Below, one piece after another: positions 1 through 11,658 of a stretch of 64,000 nucleotides of DNA. The DNA is from Podarcis melisellensis. Lineage: Eukaryota. The notes beneath the pieces are model-generated. The model searched no databases. It was given only the letters and a program-made list of their open reading frames with translations, and was not told the origin of the DNA. Where the stretch lies: assembly GCA_964234715.1 (NCBI GenBank), contig OZ174282.1. The stretch is one strand, 5' to 3'. The position numbers and the translations under genes were made by a program. Position 1 is the first letter of the stretch. Each line of letters opens with the position of its first letter.

Positions 1-1399
1 GGGGAGGCAGTGGGACATGTACCTTTGCTGCATTTTGATCCTGATTGCTTGCATACAATTGGGGCAGGTAATAGCACTGCAAAGTGACAGTGGGCTGTAG
101 CCAACGCTCATTCTTCTCAGAGCAGACCCACTGAAATTAACGGGCACGACTGATTTAGGTCCATTAATTTCAGTGTTGTCTAAGCAGAAATCAGATGGAC
201 CCAGGTTGGCAGTTAAATAAATCTAGTTGTGGTGGGAACAAAAGGTTGGCTTCCACTGGACCAAGGGCTAAGAAGGAGGCTTGAGGTGCCGGGCTTCAAG
301 CTTCCCAGGATATTGTATTCTTTGGCCTAGAAATTTTTCTTTCAGCTCTCAGATATTTGGGGGCTGGCTACCAATACTAAGTGGTCTCGCATGTGTCTGG
401 GAGGACACTCTGTGCGTGTTCAGGATAATTTCGTGTTCATCTCACTTTCCATGTCCTAATATTTGGCGTTGAGAATAATGATCCAGCCCTGGCAAAATTA
501 CAATTGGATAATGGTGATGATTATTTACGCAGCCACCGAGAGCTTCCTGGATGGCTTACAGCAATGATTTTAAAATGCAATATACAGTAATAATTACAAA
601 GCAACAATTAATAATAATATAAACCTTACTTGCATAAAGCAGCCTGAATTTAAAACAATTCAAAAGCCTGAGTTGAATAAAAAGGTATTTACTTGGCACT
701 GAAAAGACCACTAAGAAGATGTGAGGTGAGAGAAATGGCGTCAAAGAGACCCTGCTCTGAGTGCCAAGTGAGGTGAGCTGAGCGGCTCCAAAGGAGAGAG
801 CCTTTTTGACAGTGGCACCATAGCCTGCCTTCAGTGGCGGTCAAATGCCTTCCTTATGGTATTTCTGGTGCCTTTTTATTCACCCAGATGTTTTAACTGT
901 GTTTTAAACCCAACCCGCAAACTGCCAGATAATTAGATCTGAGTTATGTCAGAAAAGCAACAGGGCGTTTTGTTTTGTATTTTAATTTTCAGGGGAAGCT
1001 AAAAAAGAGAATCGCGTTGAAAGAATTGACCCAGTTCGGCTGAATTTAAAGGGTGCCATTAAGGCTTCCTTGCATTTCCAAAGCGACTGCCATCCTTCTG
1101 CTTTGCTGCCTGCCTTGGCGAAGGAGGGGAGGTTTAGGGATAAAAACGAAACTAGAGAACAAGAGACTTTGAGGACCTGCCATGATTTGTGTGTAGCAGC
1201 AGTTGAGGAATGGAAGTTTGCTTGCTCTTTTTATTCCTGTCTTGCTAACCTTATGGTGCCTTGTCTCTCACCTGTTTTCCCCCCTCCCAGGTTAAGGAGT
1301 CACATGGGGGAACTACCTCCTCCCCACCCCTGCCTGCCCCTTCCTGTTATAGTCCCATTATCCTTTCTCTGCCTTCCTGCTTCCTCATGTCCCGGCATC

Positions 1400-1472
1400 C
1401 TCTCTGTCCCTGAGACCCTTAACCTGTGAGGAAGCCCAGAGGTCACAGGTGAGGTTCTTGGGAACTGAGCGG
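1400..1472 (+). ncRNA. MIR125A: pre-miR-125a hairpin (5p mature ~1407-1429 UCCCUGAGACCCUUAACCUGUGA; 3p ~1445-1466 ACAGGUGAGGUUCUUGGGAACU)
   Basis: The 5p arm is the recognisable miR-125 family mature sequence (seed CCCUGAG) in the non-mammalian miR-125a form. The 3p arm matches miR-125a-3p (ACAGGUGAGGUUCUUGGGA) and the two arms base-pair. It lies upstream of SPACA6, as in mammals. Confidence 0.96.
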
Positions 1473-2624
1473 GTAGCCCACCCCCTGCGACCCCCAAACA
1501 CCAGGGTTCTTGCCTCGTTCCCCCAGGACGGAGCAAAGGGGCTCAGTAGCACAAACTACTAGATGCATGGTGAAATACTGTGGCTGTCTTGGTCATCCAG
1601 AATGGTGAAGAAAGCAACTGCTTGAGTGGATTCTATCTTACGCTGCAATTCTATCAAACTCACAGAAATGCTCTTAAGAGGAATGGTTTGCACAGCATTG
1701 GCCCGATAGGGTGTGTGATCTTTGTGCTATATACCTCTGGTCTCAGAGCTAGAACCCATACTGCTCCCATCTAGAATGTCCCATGTCCAGCATGACCTCC
1801 TATCCCGAGTACCAGAACCACAGAGGCTGTGTCAGCAGTTTCACTAATGAAAACAACTTCCTCCAAAAGGAAGTTGCCCTGCTTCAGCTGTTCTTGCTCA
1901 GTCTTGGGGGGTTATCGGAGACAACAGAATGCAGAAACAAATTGGCCTGAGCCAAGTTGGGAATGTGCATCTTCATTAGGGCTCGCTTTCGCAAAGAACC
2001 CCTGGGAACCGTAGTTTTTGTGAAGGGACCAACAAGTCTCTCTCTCAGGATCCCTGGACTTCTTGTTCCCTGCTGCAGCTCCTACAGTTCCCAGGATCCC
2101 TTGGGGGAAGAGACAGCAACATTTACACTAGTAAACATCAGTAATGTAAGAGATGCTCCCCTTGTGAATTGGCTGTGGCAGTGGCACATATGGTACTTCC
2201 TCTCTTGAGTCGAGGAGTTTTCGGTACTTTAACCGAGGTTGGGAGAGCCTTTCCCATTGCTGTGTTTGCTCCAGCCACAGAGATCACTCAGCTGCTCCTG
2301 TGCAGGCCACTAAAGGCCTCCACAGAGGCGCAGCCGTGAAGCTTGAAAGGTGCAGTTGACCCACAGCCCAAAGTTATCCCTGGCTGCCTGGAATTGCCAT
2401 CCATCCCCCGCCAACCCAGCATGAACCGCGACTGATTTCTAGTCACTACATCAAAACCTATTCTAAGCAAGCTGGTAATTTCTGGATTTTCCTGATTGGA
2501 CCATTACGCATTAATCAAGGGAGCCTTAATGCTACCTGACCTTCTGCAGTAGAATGTTTTTAACACCACTGAGAAGCATCTAAAGATAACTGGGCGTGCT
2601 CAGCTTTGAGGTGTTCCTTTATTA

Positions 2625-2978
2625 GGTGAAGGTAAAGGGACCCCTGACCATTAGGTCCAGTCATGGCTAACTCTGGGGTTGCGGCGCTCATCTCGCTTTA
2701 TTGGCCGAGGGAGCCGGCGTACAGCTTCCGGGTCATGTGGCCAGCATGACTAAGCCGCTTCTGGTGAACCAGAGCAGCGCATGGAAACGCCGTTTACCTT
2801 CCCGCCAGAGTGGTACCTATTTATCTACTTGCACTTTGACGTGCTTTCAAACTGCTAGGTTGGCAGGAGCAGGGACTGAGCCACGGGAGCTCACCCCGTC
2901 ACGGGGATTCGAACCACCGACCTTCTGATCGGCAAGTCCTAGACTCTGTGGTTTAAACCACAGTGCCACCCACGTCCT
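2625..2978 (-). mobile_element. Sauria SINE, full length
   Basis: tRNA-like head (GGACGTGGGTGGCACTGTGG...GGTTCGAATCCC) on the - strand and an (ACCTTT)-type tail. TSD tgttccttta(t/c)ta. Confidence 0.9.
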
Positions 2979-4432
2979 TGTTCCTTTACTACATGTGGTA
3001 TAATACCAAGAATGACAAAGTATTGATGGTTGGGTACACAGACTAATCCTTTCACACATATGTGGGCAACCCACAGGCAGTCATCAGAGGCCCCGACTGT
3101 GGCCCACTCAAGTTGCCTCCAGATGCCAAACTTGTGCATGCAAAAGGCCTCCCTGCCCTTCTCAGTACCGCTCCATCCCTGTTTTACTCGGACCTCTGCC
3201 GTTGTTTAAAACCACCATTTTCCTCTCAGTGTTGCTTCACTAGTACTTTCCACAAACTTCTGCCATTATTTAAAACAACTACATTTTCTTCTTTCCAGTG
3301 TAGCTCCCTATCACTGCACTCCCAACTTTCCCCTCTTCCGTTCCGTAGCTGCCTCTTGTGGGATAGATAAAGCATGTGTAGCCTTTAAATATTCCATAGT
3401 ACTTACTCGAACCTCTGCTCCTGTTCGAAAGTGCCACTTCCTCTCATTTTTCTCCATCCCAGCTTTAGTCAAACTTAACCCTGTTGTTTTAAAAAACCAC
3501 TTTCCCCTGCTCGGTGTCCTCCCTCCCTTGCCATGGCCACTGCTCTTGTGCAACCTGCCTTCAATCTTGCTCCGCGATCCTGCCCCTGACTTCATCCAAA
3601 TCCAAGATTGCGATGAAGTACGACGTCCTTACATTTTTATTATAGAGGGAGATATGACTCGTTACTTCAAGCTAAATTGCGGGAGGCTGGGATTCTTTTA
3701 CACCTTCCCCACCCAAGGGAGCAGGTTTGACAGGTGTCTCTGTGCCTTTAAGGCTCCTCAGAGGGAGACACCATCAAATGACTGATCCCCTCTATCTAAG
3801 CAACATCGGGGGTCCACCATCCCACCTCAAGAAGAAACTGAACGGGAGGGTCCCTTTAGCAAAACCTGATGTTTTGTGTTTTTCTGTGACATTAAAGAAC
3901 ATGCTATCCAGCCCTCTGTTTTTCATATAGCCTGCCGTATCCCAAGGACTCTGTGTAAGTAACAGGGGTAAGTGTGAAAAGAAATGAGAATATGCAACCG
4001 ACAGTGCTCGTGAGCTCTTGTCATGCTCCATTTTAATGTTACATGGCAAAAGTGAATGATTTGCCAGTGGTATGGAGTCCTTCATTCAGGTGTGAGGTCT
4101 GTTAATCACATAGGCAAGACATGTGGTCTGTGCTATCAGAGTGCAGCACAGCCTATAGCTAGCTGGCTGCACATTGTTCTGTTGTTGCAATTCAGGTGAC
4201 CTATCAAATCCATGAATGGTCATTTTTCTTAAACAGGAGAATGGATGGTAAAGCTCATACCTGCTGCCTGTCTTCTGCAGGTTGCCCTTCTCAGTTATCC
4301 TGGAAGAGTGTACAGGCGAGGCAGCACAGGTAGGGTAACCCTATTTCCAGTGGTTAATTCTAGGTGGTTATCTAGGGCAGCACATTTGCTGCTGCTGCAG
4401 CAGCAGACGACTGAAAGACCCTTTCCCACTGG

Positions 4433-4788
4433 TAAAAAGGTAAAGGGACCCCTGACCATTAGGTCCAGTCACGGACAACTCTGGGGTTGCGGCGCTTATC
4501 TCGCTTTACTAGCCGAGGGAGCTGGCATACAGCTTCCAGGTCATGTGACCAGCATGACTAATCCGCTCCTGGCGAACCAGAGCAGTGCACGGAAACGTCA
4601 TTTACCTTCCCGCCAGAGCGGTCCCATTTTATCTACTTGCACTTTGAGGTGCTTTCGAACTGCTAGGTGGGCAAGAGCAGGGACCGAGCAATGGGAGCTC
4701 ACCCCATCGCGGGGATTCGAACCGCTGACCTTCTGATTGGCAGGCCCTAGGCTCTGTGGTTTTTAGACCACAGCTCCACCAGCGTCCC
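4433..4788 (-). mobile_element. Sauria SINE, full length
   Basis: Same family as 2625-2978, with TSD ccctttcccactgg at 4419-4432 and 4786-4799. Confidence 0.9.
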
Positions 4789-7700
4789 TTTCCCACTGGC
4801 ACCACTCTACATATGCTTTTACAGTCTGAGACCAGCAGAGGGCAACATCCGAATGGAGTAACATCCAAGGAAGTATCATCCAAGCAAGATCCCAAGAGGG
4901 TTCAGCAGCTGTAATGTTAAGTGAGGAATCCTTGGGACCCAAAGTCTGGTCTGATGCTGTTGTTTTTAAGCAGCGTTCAAGCGGTCCTTTGCTATATTTC
5001 TATCCCAGCTTTTAATGCAGATGTTCCCAAAGTGAACAGTTTGAAAACAGCAGTAATGAAAGTGGGCTTTCAGGATGAGAAGCAGCTTATGGAAAGGAGA
5101 GATCTGTCACATGTCCCAGGGGATATAATGGACACTATTCATAAGGTGCTTGCGGGCAGCCGCAGATTGTACAGTGCTCTTCATTGAAACAAGCTGGGAT
5201 TTTCCTGCTACACAATGTGGGAGCTCATTGGTGGGGGAAGTGCCATTTCCCTGCACAAAAAGAGACGTGCCAACTTCAGGTGTGGAGCAGGTAGGTGGGG
5301 CAGCTGGCTCTGCTGCATCATTCAGGGTGGCACATTACGCTTGTGGAAAATATTGGCCCATCAGGGCTTCCGTTCATTCCAGCTTTCTTCAGCCTGGTGC
5401 CCTCCAGAATGTTTGGACTTTCTGGGTGGGGTTGATGGGGGCTGTATACCAAAACAGCTGGGGGGCACAGCTGCTTTTTTGCTGACACTGAGTGAAGGGG
5501 AATGGAAGATAACCACACTTGAAAACGTGCCTGATTTCTGCTGATAATCAAGTTCAATTTCAGAATCGAATAATTACACACTCCTTAAAAGTGGCTTCTT
5601 TAAACCTTGGTTTGTTGCCTCTAGTGCCTAAAACAACAACAACACACCTTTCAGAAACACTTCTATGCAAGTTGCCTCTGGGCATGCTTGAAGCACCTTT
5701 GTAAAAAGAATGCTTCCTTTCCTGTCTTGAGTAAGGTGTGGAATCTGGTTTTTATGCTAAAGCCTACCTGCCCTAGCATGGGAGAGCCCCCAGACACTGT
5801 CTTATCTGAAAGGTAGTATTTTGTATACAGTCACTGCATGCAGCTGTGGGAGGGGGGAGGCATTAATCCTATGTGATTACTGGTTGCACAGGTGCACACA
5901 GCGACAGCAAACACATGCGCTGACAACTACCAACCTGTCTCTTCCGCCTTTGCAGCCTCTTCATTCAGACAGCTGACCAAAACTGATAAAATTCCGGCTT
6001 GGACCCCCCCCCCCCCAATTTTGCCTGGGTTGCAAAAGCAGTCCCTAGAATTACTTTTGTCCAGCCCCAGGCTCAACTTGATGCTTTCCAACTACAACTC
6101 CCATCATTTCTGGTCATTGGCTCTGCAGGGAGTTGTAATCCAACAACATCCACCACATTGGGAAAGACTACCTTAGGGTAGGACTGAGCTGGCACTATAA
6201 GGGAGAAAACTTTCCTTCCTATAGCAGCAGCGAGGAACCTGTTATTCCCAAGGACCACATATCCCTTCTGAGCAACTTTTCAGAGTTTGAGGACAGATTT
6301 TAGCTAGGCAAACACTCGGTGTGAGGAGTGTTGGCCTAAAGAGAGGGGGACTGGCATTGGGCCTCTAGTGGAGGAATCGCTGCCCTTGTGGAGGGTCCAA
6401 GCAGCCCTTGCTGAAGCAGACCTGAAAGACCCAGGTGCAGAAATGTACCACCACCAAGTTTAAGAAATGAGCCGTTTAAAGCATCTTGCAAAAAGCAAAT
6501 TGCCACTGGATTCTTACAGCTGGGTTTTTAACACACACAGGAAGGAAGTTAAAAATGTCTGGTGGGAGTGCATTGAAGGAGCTGGCATTTGGACCGAGTG
6601 CGAAACCAGCCGCAGAAATGGAGGCAGGGCAGAAGGACATGCAGATTGGGAACTGAGTCTTGAGGGTCCAAGGCTGAGCTTGCCTTGCAGATCAGTGTTC
6701 TCATTCGTTCTCTTATCGATTTAGCTGTCATGGGCAAGAGCACCTTCTGCCTTCTCTGCTTCTCCCTCTCCTCCCTCTCCTCCCTGCTTAAAGGACATAT
6801 TCTCAGCTTCAAGCTGAGCTGTCTGGTTTCCATGGAGACAGAGGTCTGAGGCCTACAGATCCCTCCTCTCTCCCATTACGGCTTTGCACTCTTCCACATT
6901 CTCTGCCTCCCCCCTTTTCCGCCTGTCACGATGCCAAGAAAAGCAATAACTGTATAGACAGAAGGTGCCAACAATGCGGCACCTTCCGTCTTGCCAGGGA
7001 GAGTCGTCGTCATTCTCTCTCTGCGTCTTTGTTTCAGCAAATGGTGCTGGTGCTTTTACCAGCACGCTTAAGACAGGGGGTCCTGTTGGCCACAATGAAC
7101 AGGTACCTGCGGGGAACAGGTGCGTGAACAATAAAACCATTGTCCAGCCCATCCCATCCAATTCTGGGTCCCTGTGGTGTCTTAACAGCAATTTTTAAAA
7201 AAATATGTGCAAAATCACCTAAAAGCATGAAAAGTTAGGGATGGTTTCCAACTAACAAGTCCTGTCAGAACAAGGATTTATGCTTGTGCAGCAGAACTTC
7301 CCCTGTGCACCCCTAAATCAGTTCTATGGGTCCCCCTAACCCTCTGCATGAGATTGGGGTGGATAGGGAAAGAGGGGATGTTCTACTGGATAAGAGTAAA
7401 TCCTTGACCTTTTTCTCCAAAAGACTAAAATAGATGCTGGGCGCAACTTGCTAGGATTCCACAGACCCAAAGCACCCAAACAAGGGCTAGTCTGTAGGAC
7501 AGCATCTGCTTCCCCAAAACAAATGCCAGGCCCTCGGGGTTTCCTTAAGCTTAAGGCGTCCGTCACCTTCGCTGGCTGAAGTCCAACCGCTCAGTTTCTC
7601 TTCCGCCCTCTTTCAAGCATATCAGATGTGAACGGTAGCTAGGAGCCACCAGCCACTGATAGTCATGAAAGAAATGTCTGGCTATAGGAAAGCCAAGAGA

Positions 7701-7844
7701 AAGCAGGATTTTGCTTATCCAAAAAGAACAAATGCAACAGGTTATAGAAATATGAAACCAAGCTGCAAGGCTACATATACATTATGTTTTTATATATGTT
7801 GGAAGCCTCCCAGAGTGACTGGGGCAACCTAGTCAAATGGGTGG

Positions 7845-7898
7845 AATGATATTATTACTTCTTCTTCTTCTTCTTCTTCTTATTATTATTATTATTAT
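7845..7898. repeat. Compound (TTC)n(TTA)n microsatellite, tail of an L2-type 3' end
   Basis: Visible trinucleotide runs following a ...ggaagcctcccagagtgactggggcaacc... tail. Confidence 0.8.
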
Positions 7899-7937
7899 GC
7901 AGATCAGCACTTCCCAAGGATTGGGCAGAGTCTAGAT

Positions 7938-8186
7938 CAGGGGTCGGCAAACATTTTCAGCAGGGAGCCAGTCCACTGTCCCTCAGACCTTGTGGGGGGC
8001 CGGACTATATGAGGGTGGGGGAATGAACGGATTCTTATGCCCCACAAATAACCCAGAGATGCATTTTAAATAAAAGCACACACTCTACACATGTAAAAAC
8101 ATGCTGATTCCTGGACCGTCCGCGGTCCAGATTTAGAAGGTGATTGGGCCGGATCTGGCCCCTGGGCCTTAGTTTGCCTACGCATA
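7938..8186. mobile_element. hAT (Charlie-like) non-autonomous DNA transposon
   Basis: TIR CAGGGGTCGGCAAAC...GTTTGCCTACGCATA and 8-bp TSD GTCTAGAT (7930-7937, 8187-8194). Confidence 0.85.
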
Positions 8187-10409
8187 GTCTAGATGCTTAG
8201 TTATGCCCATGGAATACCTCGTGAGTATCTGGCAGGTGAAAACAGTCCATGCTCGGAGCACTGAGAGCTCAATCCTGCAAATTTCATGCAAATAAATGGT
8301 CACATTTGCATATTATCGCTTGCTTAGCAAATATAAAGAAGTACCGTAGTCTTCTGTGTTTTTTGTTTTGTTTTGTTTTTTTTTACAACGGCGCTGCCAG
8401 GGCTAATGTATGATCAAATGGGTGGTATCCAAATTCTCAGGCTTTTGTTTTTGCTTGGCAGAGAGTGTATGAGGGGAGACTGTTAAGCCCAGGGAACCTT
8501 GAGAAGGGATTTGAGAGAGATAAATTGAAGAGATAACCTGGGAGAAAGGACTTTCACGCACAGAGAAGGAGAACAAAGATGCACATTGTTTTAAGAGCAT
8601 GAGATATGTATCGGGAAGGTTTCTTAATGTTTTATCATGTTTTTATATATGTTGGAAGCTTCCCAAAGTGACTAGGGGCACCCCAGTAAGATGTGTGGGG
8701 TATAAACAGTAAAATTATCATGGAAGGGGACAGCCCTATTTTCATCAGAGAAATGTTGGAGGGTATGGATGGAACATAACCATGGTGGTTATCATGTCTC
8801 ATAGGAATATAGGAAGCCATCACATACCAAGTCAGACCAGTGGCCTAGCTGGCTTGATATTATCTGCACTAACTGGCAGAAGCTCTCTGGGGTTTCTGTT
8901 GGGCTGCCTCCAGCCCTGCCTGATGAGAGCAGAGGTTAAACCTGGGACGTTTTGCATGCCAAGCAGGTGTTCTGCCCTTGAGCTATGGCCTCTCCTGTTT
9001 CCTCTAAAACATCCCAAAACATACCTTTCTTTATCCCCTTGATAATTTTGGCTGCCCTTTGCTGAACCGGCTTCAGCTCTGTGATGCCATTTTAGTAGTG
9101 AGGGATCTTCATTACTGACAACCTGATCCTTACCTCTCCCCACCCCCACCCCCACCCCAACCTCTCTCTTCTTAATGTGTGGATGTGCTGAACCAAAGGT
9201 GACACATGGGCATAGCCAGAATTTTTGATTTTTTTAGTAAATCAATGAAGTTGTTGAGCATTTCTTCGGAAATCACAGGTAAATCACAGACATCTGAAGG
9301 CAGCCCTGTTTAGGGAAGCTTTTAATGTTTGAGGTATTACTGTATTTTAATATTTGGTTGGAAGCTGCCCAGAGTGGCTGGGGAAGCCCAGCCAGATGAG
9401 CAGGATATAAATAAATTGGTGGTGGTGGTGGTGGTGTTATTAAAATACCCCGTAAATAGGACATTGGGGGGGGGGAGCCTTCTGCTGGGGGGTGGGGCTG
9501 AACCTCAGATAAATAAGTACTTTCAATACTTTTCAATAATATTTGTGGATCTAAGGAAGGCAGCTGCACCCCCAGGGCTATGGCCATGAAAGTTAAACTG
9601 TCCCAGTAGCTCTTCAAACGCCATCTTGGCAGTCAAAATAACCCCACAATTAATTGGTAGTTGTTTGTAACCATGAGCTCATATATGTTTATATTCACTC
9701 GCTTTGATGTGGGCTAATTGGCTTTGCTTTGATGCTATCCTTATCCGTGGGCTTGGAGTGCTGAGCTTTGAGCCCAGAAAGTGGAACTATCTGTAAGACT
9801 TGGGTATTTGCCATCTAAGGCCTCCTCTGGTCAGGTGGAGTGATGGGAAGTCCTGGCCAAAGTGCTGTTTGCCGCTTTGTGTTTATAGAATTATAGACTT
9901 GGAAGGGGACATGAGGGTCATCTAGCCTGACCACCTGCGATGCAAGAATCTTTCACTCGACGTGGGGCTTGAACCCACCACCCTGGGATTCATGCCCTAC
10001 TTCTTTTGTATATCTGCACCCAGCCACACCCACGAACCTCCCTTTGGGCCTGTGGTTCAGAACAGTTGATGGGACGTTGAACAACCAACCTAAGTTTGCC
10101 CTTCTCCAAAGTTTGCAATTCAGTTTTTGAAAATTTAAACACATCAAAATGTGCATTTTGAGAGGGGGAAAATATTATTAATAATAGTAATAGTAATAAT
10201 TTATTATTTATACCCCAGCCACTCTGGGCAGCTCGCAACAGACTATTAAAAACATGATAAATTTACAAATACATACTTAATCACACATATAAATGCAGAG
10301 TTGCCTTTAAATTCAGGCTGATTTTTTAAACAACAACAAGCATACAGAGAAGCCATTGGTTCGGGTCCACCTCCACAGCAGAAGAAAACAAGCTTGCACT
10401 ATCTTCCAT

Positions 10410-10600
10410 GTGACAGCTCTTTAAATATTTCTTCTTTAAAAATCTTTTCCAGGCTAAACATACCCAACTCCAGGCGAAACATACTCAACTCCCACAACCT
10501 TATAACCCTTGATTCCTTCCAAACCTTTGATCATCTCTGTTGCCCTCCTCTGCACACATCTCAGCTTGTCAATATCCATCTTAAATTGTGGTTGGGTGGC
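10410..10600 (-). mobile_element. CR1 LINE ORF2 3' fragment
   Basis: The - strand translation FKMDIDKLRCVQRRATEMIKGLE is the typical CR1 ORF2 C-terminal motif. Confidence 0.8.
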
Positions 10601-11465
10601 CATCTGCCTTGTATGATTTAGTTGAGATTCCTGCATTGCAGGGGTTTGGACCACAAGGCCTTCGGGACCCCTTCCAACTCTAGAATGCTACGATTCTGTG
10701 AAGAGAAAGTCTAGTCAGACAGTGAAAAGAAGCAAAAAGCCAATGCAGCAATTTTAAAGAGGAATGAATGTATTCTATGGCCTGAATGCAGAGAAAGGCA
10801 ACTATTTCAAACACGAGTCATTGTGAGTAAAATTGCGTAAGATGGACTAATGGTCTGATTCAGCATAAGGAACCTTCTGAGGTGCCTGCATTTGTTTTTG
10901 TTTTTACTTCAAAGTAGTTTATTTATTTTATATTACTCTCTTCTCATTTATGAATCACTTCCCATGAAACACCCAGAAGCAATTTAACAGCAATATCGTC
11001 AACAAGAACAAAACATATGTATAAAACAATTTTAGATCCAATACATGAATGGACAGGGATTTTTTTAAAAAGTCTTTAGCAGGTGATGGATGCTTTAGCT
11101 GAGATCCCTGCATGGCAGGGGGTTGGGCTAGATCACCCTCAGGGTCCCTTCCAACTCTACAATTCTATGATTCCAAAGGGTAGATGCCACCACACTAAAA
11201 GCCTACTGCCTACATTATACGCGCTGGGTGAGATGGCATTGGCAGGAAGCCTTCTGCAGAGCACAGTGGTTGGTTGGGTACATATGAATGGGCGATGCAA
11301 TATTTTAGGTGCAGAGACCTTTGACCCTCCGTGGTCCCCTCTTGGAGCTACCCTTCTGCATGTGAGCCGTGAAATCACAACCAACTCTGTGGACCTCCCT
11401 TATGACATCACTGGAGAGTTCTTTTCTTGGGTGTGGTTCTTCTCCAGCGGCTTCCTCTGGGCATA

Positions 11466-11658
11466 ATGCTTACCATACATGTCCTGCTCCTCTGGCTAGC
11501 CTTTTCTGCACAGGCCACAGCTTGCCTTCTCTGCTTCACCACCCACCGAAAACGTGCCCGCGTCTGCCAACACTTCTTTGGCCACCGGGTTTCCCAGCAT
11601 GGGAACTGCCAACCGATTATGGAAAGGGCCTTTGCACGTTTCGCCAAAACCCAGGTGG
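11466..11658 (+). CDS. SPACA6: SPACA6 coding exon 1 (MLTIHVLLLWLAFSAQATACLLCFTTHRKRARVCQHF...FAKTQV)
   Basis: ATG with A at -3, signal peptide, CLLC motif, donor G|GTGAGT at 11659. Confidence 0.93.

Noticed and set aside
1-1400. let-7e and miR-99b hairpins expected 5' of miR-125a
   Set aside because: I found no TGAGGTAG- or ACCCGTAGA-containing hairpin on the + strand here. They presumably lie upstream of the window.
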